DNA from: Octopus vulgaris
Lineage: Eukaryota
Assembly (NCBI GenBank): GCA_951406725.2
Contig: OX597822.1
Coordinates: forward strand, 77,748,001 to 77,812,000
Length of the DNA stretch: 64,000 nucleotides
Reading direction: 5' to 3'
Below are positions 52,605 through 64,000 of the stretch, in pieces. Within the stretch, counting starts at the first letter, position 1, and each line of letters begins with the position of its first letter. Under the pieces are notes generated by a model that was given only the letters and a program-made list of their open reading frames with translations, was not told the DNA's origin and made no database searches. Both the position numbers and the translations under genes were made by a program.

Positions 52605-53048
52605 TAATAGGTAACTTTAAAAGCGCCCTATTGGGTGGCTTTTAAGCTAGTATATAACTTTTAAAGCTACTGACCCTGAATGGCAAGATCTGCAAACAGA
52701 TCTCTGGCTTGTTTTCGAGAACTTGCTGCAATTAGTTCCTCCAGAGTCATATCCCAATGGTGATCATATTTGTCGCCAAATATCACATTAAAAAAAAAAA
52801 ATCACCGAAAATAATCGCTGGATTTTGCAGTTAATTTCAGTTATTCCCAAAATTTATTTCCGAGTTATAAAAATTGTTACCGTATAGAAAAATTCGTCAC
52901 GAAAAATCACGCGAAAAAAAAAATCGCCGAAAACAATCGCTGTAATGAAAACTTGGGAATCCAAAATTTCAGGATTTCGGGTCCGGATTCGGCCCAGAAT
53001 CGGCCTGATTCCACGTGACACACTGACATTCGCATTTATTAACTTAGA
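52605..53048. mobile_element. Helitron/Helentron-like non-autonomous element inserted into a tRNA-SINE (52513-52604 and 53050-53262)
   Basis: Ends ...cacactgacattcgcatttattaacttagat (reverse: TCTAAGTTAATAAATGCG). Contains an internal repeat (aaaatcaccgaaaataatcgctg x2) and splits a SINE head from its body. Confidence 0.5.
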
Positions 53049-53794
53049 TTATTCCAGTCCGTTCAGCTAGTAATAATGAGCAATATCTGTATTTCAAAGA
53101 GCCAGCCATGTCGCAAATTGTCATGCTGAATCTCTCTGAGAACTACATTAAGAGCACGCGTGTCTGTGGAGTGCTCAGCCACTTGCACGTTAATTTCACG
53201 AGCAGGCTATTCCGTTGATCGTATCAACTGGAACCCTCGTCGTCGTAACCGACGAAGTGCCAGTCATGTCATATTTATGGTTATTGCTCTGATACACTTT
53301 CAGTCTAGTACTCTTTGTCAGGACTTAAACGTGTCGTCTGTTTCTCTTCCCAGGCGCATCATTTCTCCGTTGTCCTTCCTTTCCTCAAATCGCTCCTCTC
53401 TGGAACTTCATCTCGTCTATGACATTCAGTCCTTTAAGATTCCTATCTATCAACCCATTTTGAATTTATAGGCTCCCTTCTTTTCTTTCTTTTAGTAAAG
53501 AGAATTATAAGCTATCACTGTATATTGATTGTAAAAATAATAGTCTAATATTAGGGCATATAAACACCGTAAAGAAAATACTAGGCTTAGTACGCGTGGG
53601 GACTTTCTTTGTAGCCTCTTACGTTACAATGACCTCAGGCCTTGTTTGGGAAAAAATCCTTTATTTTCTTTTTTAAAGAATGGATAAAAGAAGAGAAAGA
53701 AATAAAGTCGATAACGTTAAAATAAGCTCAAAAGAAAAAGATGCAGAACAGGAAGAAAAAAATAACGAAAGGAAAATTGAGACAAAACCGGAGA

Positions 53795-53886
53795 AAGAAA
53801 GACAGAAAGAAAGAACGAAAGAGAGAAAGAACGAGAGAGAAAGAACGAGAGAGAAAGAACGAGAGAAAGAACGAGAGAGAAAGAAC

Positions 53887-53932
<46 letters not shown>

Positions 53933-54330
53933 ACGAGAGAGAGAGAGAGAGAGAAAGAACGAGAGAGAGAGAGAGAGAAAGAACGAGAGAGAGAGAGAAA
54001 GAATGAGAGAGAGAGTGAGAAAGAACGAGAGAGAGAGAACGAACGAGAGAGAGAGAAAGAACGAGAGAGAGAGAGAGAAAGAACGAGAGAGAGGGAGAAC
54101 GAACGAGAGAGAGGGAGAGAAAGAATGAGAGAGAGAGAACGAACGAGAAAAAGAACGAGAGAGAGAGAGAGAGAGAAATAACGAGAGAGAGAGAGAAAGA
54201 ACGAGAGAGAAAAAGAACGAGAGAGAGAGAGAACGAGAGAGAGAAAGAAAGAACGAGAGAAAGAAGGAACGAGCGAGAGAAGGAACGAGAGAGAGAAGGA
54301 ACGAGAGAAAGAAGGAACGAGAGAAAAACA
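53795..54330. repeat. (GA)n / gaacgaga compound polypurine repeat
   Basis: Direct inspection; the ER-rich ORFs here are artefacts. Confidence 0.9.
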
Positions 54331-54997
54331 GTTTAAAGAATAATGGAGCAAAGAATGTGAGGAACAAATTAAAGAAGAGAGAGGGAGAGAGAGAGAGAGT
54401 AGATTGAAAATAACGGTATGAGAAAACGTAGCGAAAAAAAGAAGGAAGTGTGAAATTTGTTCTAAGGCGAAGGAAAGCGAAAAAGAGAAGAACGGAGATA
54501 AAAGAAAAAAGAACTTGAAGGAAAGAATGTGAAACCATAAGGCATGGATGTGAGATTCAACTAATATGCTTCAAGGCTGTGCTTCAGCGTGGCCGCAGTC
54601 CAGTGATTGAAACAAGAGAAGATTAGAGAAGAATGCAAAATGAAAGAGTGAAAAGAAAAAGCGAAGAACGAAGTGATGAATAAAATGAAGAAAGAAAAGT
54701 GGGGGGGGAGCTAAAAGGAAAAAGAAGATAAACTAGACAATGGAATTAGAGATAAATAAATGAATGACTGAATAAATAAATAAATATATAAATAAATAAA
54801 TGAAAGCAAAAATCAGTAAAAATGAACGAATTTAGAATAATGCGAAGAATGCAAAAATGGTAAATTTGCTTTTTATTCCTCCTTTTCTTGAAGGATGAAT
54901 GAATGAATGAGCAATTAAAGAAAAACAAAAATAATGTAAAAACAAAGGCGGGGAACTGAAAAACCGAAACAAAAAAAAATGAACTGATGCCAAGATA

Positions 54998-55034
<37 letters not shown>

Positions 55035-58000
55035 AAGGGATATGACGTCATTCCCGAGACACACCGATGCGTCCAATATTCAATTGACCAGGCAGCTTGG
55101 CATCGAATTCTAAGAAAGCCATCATGTTGTCTGTCTGCCGAACAAATTGTCTTTTAAAACTAATGCTTCTGGCGTCGTCATTTCACTTTTTTTTCTTGTC
55201 AAAGAACGATGATTTTATTGAAACAAAGAACGAACGAACCAAGTAAAACTAGTTTCTTCAGCGTCCATTTAGTTGCCAGTGCTTTCCACTTATTTGTTTA
55301 ACTCTTTGTCTGTATAGACTTTGATGTTGTTGCTTAGCCCCAGGTCAACACCGACCGAGCAAGCCTATAATCAAACGTTTTCCAACAGTAACCAACCATC
55401 TTTTTGTTCTTTTTTTAGATTATGCAATTCTGGGTATGAGACGTTCTGTCACAGCCTTTCTGGCGCCGCTGTTTCGACGCTGTTGACATCAGACGTTTTG
55501 ATGTTCCTCTTGTTTTAATGTTTTTCTCTCTCTCTCTCTCACTCACTCCCTCCATCCCTCTCGTTCGCTCTCCCTCCCGGCCCCTCTCTCTTATTCGCTC
55601 TATCCCTCCTCCCTCTCACTCAGTCCCTCCCTCCCCATCTCCCCCTCTCTGTTTATGTGTATGAGGAGAGCGAAAGTTTTCATGCCAATCGTGTTCAATT
55701 ATTGAATTTTATTTTCTTTCTCTTTCCCTCCCTTTTCCCCTCCCCCTCTCACTATTTGTATGTTTATATTTCTGTGCTCACGTGCGTGTGTGTGCGTATT
55801 CGCTTCCTGAGCCAAAAAGTACTATAGTCAAAAATTCTTTCAGAACCCAGTCAGCCTTGCCAAATCGCCATCGCCCGAAGAGCAGCGCCCAGTCGTCTCA
55901 ATCCGATTATATCTTCGCCCTTCATTGTTAGAGACCAATATAAGAAGGCAACCGTTACAAGTACCTTTACAGCTTATTAAAAAAAAAGAAAAAAGACCTG
56001 CTATGAGCAAATTGATTCGATAAAAAAAAATAGATGGGGGAAAAAGATCAGCAAACTGATTATCCTTACAGCAATAAAATCTTTACAAGAAATGGGTTTA
56101 GACTTCGAGCAGTTTACGTATGAATCCAAAGCAACCATAAACACGAGCATATTGATGGCACAAATATCTGAGGTGAACGACCATTAGGACAGCTTCAAGT
56201 GCCAATGTTTTTGTGAACAAGACTCCCCCAACTGTAAAAAAACCCTTGTGTCATGGATGCCCAAGCAACCTTCACTAGATATAGTTGAAATTTACAGAAA
56301 TACAGAAGACAGGTGTATAAACAACAAGCAGGTGTATTAGTTTGACGCTCGGGAAAGTTAGAAAGTCTTTTATGTTTCAAGCCTACGCTCTTCAACAGAA
56401 TGGAACTCGAGGAAATAAACAGAGAGAGAATAAAAAAAAAAAACAAGCGATCAATCATGGCGATTGGTTGGGAAAAGATATATTGGTTTCAAAATTTAAA
56501 ACATGGAAAGCAATTTCGGGGAAGTGGGTAAATCGATTAATTTGGTTTCAGTGATCAACTGGTACTAATTTCATCGACTCCTCGAAAGGGAGGGAAAGTA
56601 AAGTGGACTGCGGCGGCATTTGAACCCAGTACGTAAAGTCAAAAGAAATGCCTATTTCTTTACTACCCACAAGGGGCTAAACACAGAGGAGACAAACGGA
56701 TTAAATCGATTATATTGACCTCAGTGCGTAACTGGTACATATTTAATCGACCCCGAAAGGATGAAAGGCAAAGTCTACCTCGGCGGAATTTGAACTCAGA
56801 ACGTAGCGCAAGACGAAATACCTATTTCTTTATTACCCACAAGGGGCTAAACACAGAGCGGACAAACAAGGACAGACATAGGTATTAAGTCGATTACATC
56901 GACCCCAGTGCGTAACTGGCACTTAATTTATCGACCCCGAAAGGATGAAAGGCAAAGTCGACCTCGGCGGAATTTGAACTCAGAACGTAGCGGAAGACGA
57001 AATACCGCAAAGCATTTAACCCGGCGTGCTAACGTTCCTGCCAGCTCGTAGCCTTATAAAGTCAAAAGAAATACCGCCAAGCATTTTGTCCTCGGTGCGT
57101 TAACAATTCTGCCAGTTCGCTAATTTCCAATTACTAGAAATATCAATTTCAAATTTCGGTACAAGATTTCGGAGGAGGGGACCGGTCGATTAAATTGAAC
57201 CCAGAGTTCAACTGGTACTTATTTTATTGACCCAAAAAAGGTGAAAGGCAAAGTCAACCTCGGCGGAATTTGAACTCTGAACGGGAAGACGGGCGAAATG
57301 CCGCTAATCATTTTGCCCGTCATGCTAACGATTCAGCCAGTTCGCCACCTTCCAATTACTGGATATATTCTTTTCTACTCTAGGCACAAGGCCCGAAATT
57401 TGGGGAGAGAGGGCCAGTCGATTAAATCAACTCAGTACGTAACTGGTACTTAATTTATCAATCCCGAAAGGATGAAAAGCCAAGTCGACCTCGGCTGAAT
57501 TTGAACTCAGAACATAACGACGGGCGAAGCACCGCTAAGCATTCCGTCCAGCGTGCTAACGATTCTGCCAGCTCAGCGCCTTAAAGGAAGGAAATATTCT
57601 TTTCTACTCTAGGTACAAGGCCCGAAAGTTTTGGAGAGGAGGCAATCGATTAGATTGACCCTAGTGTGCAACTTAATTTATCGACCCCGAAAGGATGAAA
57701 GGTAAAGTCGACCTCAGTGGAATTTGAACTCAGAACGTAAATACAGACGAACTACTGCTAAGCATTTTGCCCGGCGCGCTAACGATTCAGTCAGTTCGCC
57801 ACCTTCCAGTTACTGGATATATTGAAAAGAATATTGGAAGACATTTTACAAGGCATGGCTATGTGGTTAAGAAGCTCTCTTTGCTACCACGTAGCTTCGA
57901 GTTCGATCCCACTGCGTGGCACCTTGACTAAGTGTCTTCTACTATAGCCCCTGCCAATCAATGCCTTGAGTAAATTCAGTAGACAGAAACTGTGTGGAAG

Positions 58001-59750
58001 CCCTTCATGTGTGTGTGTGTGTGTGTGTGTGTTTGTCCTAACCACCGCTTGATATATTGTTTATAGTTTTTCTTTTATTCAACTTAATGTTTTTAGCGCT
58101 GATGTCGTGTGTTTTCCATTGAGGAGCTATAAGTATTCATGCTTAAAGCTGTCTCTGTTTAATCATCTTGTTGGGCTGTTTTTGTTTTTTTTTTTAATTT
58201 TTTTCTTCTTGTTTGAAAATAATTGATAATATGTATGTTTACGTCAGCTACCATCAGCACAGAGAGTAATTCTCTTGCTACTTTTCAAGCGGCCATTTTG
58301 AAAAGCGAATAAATATTGCAGATTGCCGTTGGCAGAGATACATTCAGTGAAATAAAACAATGTCAAGACAAGTATTTTTCAGCCTCGGGGAATTTGTACT
58401 GGGTTCTGTTTTAATCCGAAAGCTTTTGTTAATATTCCAGAATTAGAATCAGGAAACAAAACTTTTTTTAATAAATAATCTTAAGATAATCCATTTCTTA
58501 GCCGGAACTTTTTAGTGACATCCGTTCGCTTGGACAATCATGTAATAATAATGATCATAATTACTCCTTTTGGACCAAGGCCAGCAGTTTTGAAGGAAGG
58601 GAAAATCAATGTAATCGTACTTAGTGCTTGAATGGTTCTTTATTTTATTTGTTACGAAATTATGAAAGGTAAAGCGGACCACGGCAGGATTTGAACTCAG
58701 AATAAAGAGTCGGAAGAAATGCTACGAAGCATTATGTACGGTGTGCTATCGATTCTGCCCACTTTGTCTTAATAATAATAATAATGTACCAGGCAGTGGC
58801 TCTCGTGGCTTCTGATCTTAACTGATTGGAGGTGTTATCATGTACATTGTTTTGTCCTAGTATAAAAGATGGGCTACAGTAAATATTCTGCTCAATACCA
58901 CAGATTTGCTTGTCAGTTGTTTGACCTTAACCAGTTGAGCATGTCCCTTAGTGGCTGACGATATGTGCATCTCTGATCATGAGCAGAAGTAGTGGGGAAG
59001 CATCATAGCCATGTGTTGAAAGGATTTCTTGGAGGTTTAGATAATTCACCTTTGGAAACATGGGTGGTTCGTTCAACACCCTTAAATAATCCTTATTCAG
59101 AGACCTTTTGAGCGGGATGGGCTACTCGACCAGAAGAAAATTCTAACTGGGCCCCACCTGCAAGGTCATGTGCTGTTTATCTTCATATGAGATCACCATG
59201 TCGCGTACATATGATTGTGATGCATGTGCCTGGGTAGTCATGACGGGTAGTCATGATGGGTATACTGGGCTTCGTATATTTTACCCTAGTGTCACTTTGA
59301 TGGCATGCACTGCTCTCTCACTCAATAATAATAATAATAATAATTATTATTATTATTATTTCTTCTAGAAGCATAAGGTCTCAACGTTAGGGGAAGGGAT
59401 TAAGTCGATTACATCGACCCCAGTGTGTAACTGGTACTTATTTAATCAACCCCGAAAGGATAAAAGACAAAGTCAACTTCGGCTAGATTTGAATTCAGAA
59501 CGTAGCGGCAGACGAAATACCGCTAAGCATTTCGCCTGGTGTGCTAACGATTCAGCCAGCCTTAGTAACAATAACAACAATAATAAGGATTTCAATTTTT
59601 TTCCATGAGGTTAGCTTGTGGACGGGGATTAAGTCGATTACATCGACCCCAGTGTTTCACTGGTACTTAATTTATCGACTCCGAAAAGATAAAAGGCAAA
59701 GTCGACCTCGGCGGAATTTGAACTCAGAACATATACACGGACGAAATGCC

Positions 59751-59786
<36 letters not shown>

Positions 59787-59811
59787 ATAATAACAACAAA
59801 ATAATAATAAT

Positions 59812-60160
59812 AGAGGACTGGACACTGCGGCTTGTGTGCAAACACGAAAGCTGCAAAAAATCGCATTCTCTTGTGAAGGGAGCTTGCAAATTCGCAAGGG
59901 ATCTTGGCATTAACTCTGAAATAGTTGAAGAGCCTGAAACCATGCCACAAAACAAGAAAAACGGATCAGATTGCAAAAATGAACGGGCAGAAACAAATTG
60001 AGGAGCGGTGGAGCCAGAAGCTTCTTGCATGGACGGTATATACTTCGAAGTCGAAATGCTAATGTAGACCAAACAACATCCCATCAGTGGCTGAGAAATT
60101 CAGGACTAAAAGTAGAGACTGAAGGTTTCATATTTACAACAAAAAAAATCTACCAGGCCA
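59812..60160 (+). mobile_element. R4/Dong-type LINE fragment next to a (TAA)n tract
   Basis: LHGRYILRSRNANVDQTTSHQWLRNSGLKVETEGFIF resembles the post-RT LHG..W L..LK.ETEGF motif of R4/Dong ORFs. It starts immediately after (TAA)n. Confidence 0.7.
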
Positions 60161-60972
60161 CTTCCTCTCCCCCAAGCTTTCGGTCAAACTGTAACATCTA
60201 CTATTCTTCATTCGCCCCAGGACGCTGGGTGTGTCTCGGCAAGTGATTCTAACAAACATGCAGATTATAAGTAAATAATAATCTACGACAAGCTTCTTAC
60301 AGTTTCCATCTACCAAATCCACTCACAAGGTGTCACGTAGTGGGACTGAACCCGGCACTATGTGGCTGAGAAGCAGACTTCTTACCACACAGCTACGCCC
60401 GCTCCCATAGATATTTTGTCTTTGGCGATCACCTGGATGGCTTTCTTTCGAATGCTTTCTAGAATATGGCTGAATGTAGCAACAACCCTGTCCCAAGTGT
60501 TGGAGCTAAACTCCATAGCGGGCCACTCACGAGGTTGCTGAATATAAATCGATGATGCTCCAGATGAGAAACATATATTTCACCCAATGGACTCGGCACA
60601 ATTCTTTCATTTTATGGGTTTTTCTTTTACAGAATAGATTAAAGGAATATTCCGCTTTATTTCATATCAGCCATTGTTCGATCAATACAGAAAACACTTC
60701 TTTGACCGTTTTATAAATGTCAGGTCATTGACTTATTGAGTTCAGAATGGATTTCAGGAGCGGAAACATCAGACAAGGTAAATAACAATAACAGCAACTA
60801 CGACAGCAGCAGCAGCAGTAATAAGTGGAAGCAACAAGTGGACGCAGTAGCAGCAGCAGTAACAGCAGCAGCAAAAATAACAAAAACAGGCAGTAACTGT
60901 AACAATCACGTGATATCACTAGCAACAATGGCAGACATAACAACAGAACAAGAACAGTAATTAGAAGAAAGT

Positions 60973-61285
60973 GGAGGCGCAATGGCCCAGTGGTTAGGGC
61001 AGCGGACTCGCGGTCGGAGGATCGCGGTTTCGATTACCAGACCAGACGTTGTGCGTGTTTATTGAGCGAAAACACTTAAAGCTTCACGAGGCTCCGGCAG
61101 GGGGAGGGCGACCTCTGTTGTACTCTTTCGCCCCAACTTTCTCTCACTCTTTCTTCCTGTTTCTTGAGTAACGCTGCGATGGACTGGCGTCCCGTCCAGA
61201 TCGGGGGGACACATACGCCATAGAAACTGGGAAACCGGGCCCATGAGCCTGGCTAGGTTTGAAAAGGGCGCATAAATAAAAAAAA
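60973..61285 (+). mobile_element. tRNA(Arg)-derived SINE, possibly the octopus OR type
   Basis: ggaggcgcaatggcccagtggttagggcagcggacTCGcggtc...ggtttcgattacc head with A/B boxes, then a non-tRNA body and an A-rich tail. Confidence 0.65.
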
Positions 61286-63285
61286 AATAGAATAAAAATA
61301 AGAAGATTCGAATTTGAAGAATTTGATATAAATGTGTCTTCCTTACAATATTTTTTCTTTAATTTTTCAAGCGGCAACTGTCGACGTCAGCAATATAATC
61401 CTGAATTGAGACATAACCCAGCTAAAGAAACTGGTTGCTAAATTCTTAACTCTTCTTTGACATACAGTTTCTTATTTCTTTATTGCCCACAAAGGGCTAA
61501 ACACAGAGGGGACAAACAAGGACAGACAAAGGGATTAAGTCGATTACATCGACCCTCAGTGCGTAACGTCTCCAGTACCTAATCAGAGGTGGTGGTTACA
61601 GTGTAACCTTCGGTACAGATAAACTCACAAAGTTCGTACATTACGAATCTTAAAAACTCAGTGTTTTTGTCTTTTGTCCACTATCTTCGTGGTGTTTTTT
61701 CATTTGTCATATAACGAAATTGGTAAAGGAGGAAAATGTGGACAAACAAGGACAGACAAAGGGATTAAGTCGATTACATCGACCCCAGTGCGTAACTGGT
61801 ACTTATTTAATCGACCCCGAAAGGATGAAAAGTAAAGTCGACCTCGGCTGAATTTGAACTCAGGACGTAACGGCAGACGAAATACCTATTTCTTTACTAC
61901 CCACAGAGGACAAACAAGGACAGGCAAACAGATTAAGTCGATTATATCGACCTCGGTGCGTAACTGGTATTTATTTAATCGACCCCGAAAGGATGAAAAG
62001 CAATGTCGACCTCGGCGGAATTTGAACTCAGAACGTAACGGCAGACGAAATACCTATTTCCTTACTACCCACAAGGGGCTAAAAACACAGAGGACAAACA
62101 AGGATAGACGAACGGATTAAGTCGATTACATCGACTCCAGTGCGTAACTGGTACTTAATTTATCGACCCCGAAAGGATGAAAGGCAAAGTTGACCTCGGC
62201 GGAATTTGAACTCAGAACGTAACGGCAGACAAAATGCCGCTAAGCATTTCGCCCGGCGTGCTAACGTTTCTGCCAGCTCGCCGCCTTGAACTAAACTCGT
62301 ACTGCGTGGTATCACTGTACTTCTAAACTTCTGAAGAGGTTGCGATTAAATTAAAATGCAAAAGAGCGTAATGTCAAGCTAAAACAATTTACGTGATCAT
62401 TCATTGAAATTTTGAGAAAATTTGACGTATTAATGGAAATTGATAAGAGAGATTAGTTAGTTAGTGAATGTCATAGAGATTAGAGTTAGTGAATGCTGCG
62501 ACATGTATAACGATAAACTGAAGCAATTTTGACTTGTTTGGTTTGGACGAGATGAATGTTGATAGTTCAGCGTCAATTCATGAAATGAGATGAAAATTTC
62601 AATTGATCTCAGCTCGTAGGTCGTTAGAATTTATTTTGGATAAAAACTGTGGCTTACCAAAAGTAACTTCTACCAAGCGTTTTAAGTCTTACAAATAACA
62701 GCGTTTGTTTATGTTAATACCTTAATATTAAGGGATCTGGAACTCCATATGCTGACGCCTTATCATGATTGGAAATTATTCGTAATGTTATCTGGCATGA
62801 ACATGAGGATAATAATGACGACGACGATAAGGAGGAGGAGAAGAAGAAGAAAACAATGGCGACGAGGACGATGGCGATAAGAACGACGACGACGACGATC
62901 ATGATAAGGATCACGAGAAGGAGGAGGAGGACAACAAGGATAAGAACGATGATCACGATGACGAAGACCGCGACGAAGATGGTGATGATGGTGGTATTTT
63001 CATCGAATTTGCAGAAGCTGATATTGTAAAACAAAAACAAAACGCTCGAGACTGCCAATCATAATATTACATCCGGTTATCTCGCAAAAGGATCTTGAAT
63101 AATTAGAGCAATTGTTCTTATTGTAGGGTTAAGAAGTTCGTTCTGCAACAACGTGGTTTAGCGTTCAGTTCCACTTCGCAGCTCATTGAGCGAACGACTT
63201 CTACTATGGCCCCAGATCGACCACAATGCCTTGCCAATTAATTTCGTAGACGGAAACTGTGTAGAAGCCCGTCGGAAACTCAGAC

Positions 63286-63325
<40 letters not shown>

Positions 63326-64000
63326 CGCAGGAGTAGCTATGTGGTAAGTAGCTTGCTTACCAACCACATGGTTCTGGGTTCAGTCCCACTGCGTGGCACC
63401 TTGGGCAAGTGTCTTCTACTATAGCCTGGGCCTGACCAAAGCCTTGTGAGTGGATTTGGTAGAGGGAAACTGAAAGAAGCCCGTCGTATATATCTATATG
63501 TATGTGTGTATGTGTTTGTATGTCTGTTTGTCCCCCCCCCAACATCGCTTGACAACCGATGCTGGTGTGTTTACGTCCCCGTAACTTAGCGGTTCGGCAA
63601 AAGAGACCGATAGAATAAGTACTAGTCTTACGAAGAATATGTCCTGGGGTCGATTAGCTCGACTAAAAGGCGGTGCTCCAGCATGGCCGCAGTCAAATGA
63701 CCGAGACAAGTAAAAGAGTAAAGAGTATAGGAACAAAAACGCAATAAAGGGCATTAAAACATTCGGACAGATGGACGACACAAAGACTGACAAGAGAAAC
63801 AATAATTTGCGTGTGTCTACGTGTCTACGTGTCTAGCCACCGTTTGACAACCGGTCTCGGTTTGTTTATGTCCTCGTAACTTGGCGGTTCGATAGAATAA
63901 GTACCAGATCTAAAAAATATGTGCACTGGTGTCGACTGAAAAAAAAAACTTTCAAGACAATGCCCTAGTATGGTCGCAATCCAATGACTTTAACAAGTAT

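Noticed and set aside
44972-53048. One 8-kb Helitron spanning the CTAG end at 44972 and the TC end at 53048
   Set aside because: The 53048 end belongs to a ~440-bp insert nested in a SINE whose halves flank it; no RepHel coding remnants were seen.
53680-54538. ER-rich and LS-rich ORFs
   Set aside because: Translations of (GA)n repeats.
60973-61045. tRNA-Arg gene
   Set aside because: No proper acceptor stem, and it continues into a SINE body and A-rich tail.

Overview
AT-rich, microsatellite- and SINE-dense eukaryotic DNA. The repeat families and gene style suggest an octopus or other coleoid cephalopod; this is an inference. One protein-coding gene is supported: the 3' part of a C7orf25/UPF0415 (DUF1308) orthologue on the + strand, with phase-consistent GT-AG exons at 19233-20420, 30180-30364, 32435-32515 and 35880-35960 and a probable terminal micro-exon at 44376-44390. 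I could not find its N-terminal exons in the window. The rest is TE debris: mariner and Tc1 relics, MITEs, Helitron-like elements, RTE and R4/Dong LINE fragments, tRNA-derived SINEs and tandem arrays. Four signals stand out. (1) An inverted ~210-bp, ~86%-identical copy of the start of the large exon lies 2.6 kb upstream; it could fold onto the exon and place A-C mismatches on codon adenosines (candidate ADAR editing-complementary sequence). (2) A palindromic repeat family joins a tRNA-like head to a Penelope-type minimal hammerhead ribozyme motif. (3) Short locally templated insertions recur at microsatellites and inside TEs. (4) CpG decay changes sharply near 45 kb, matching the inferred gene end.
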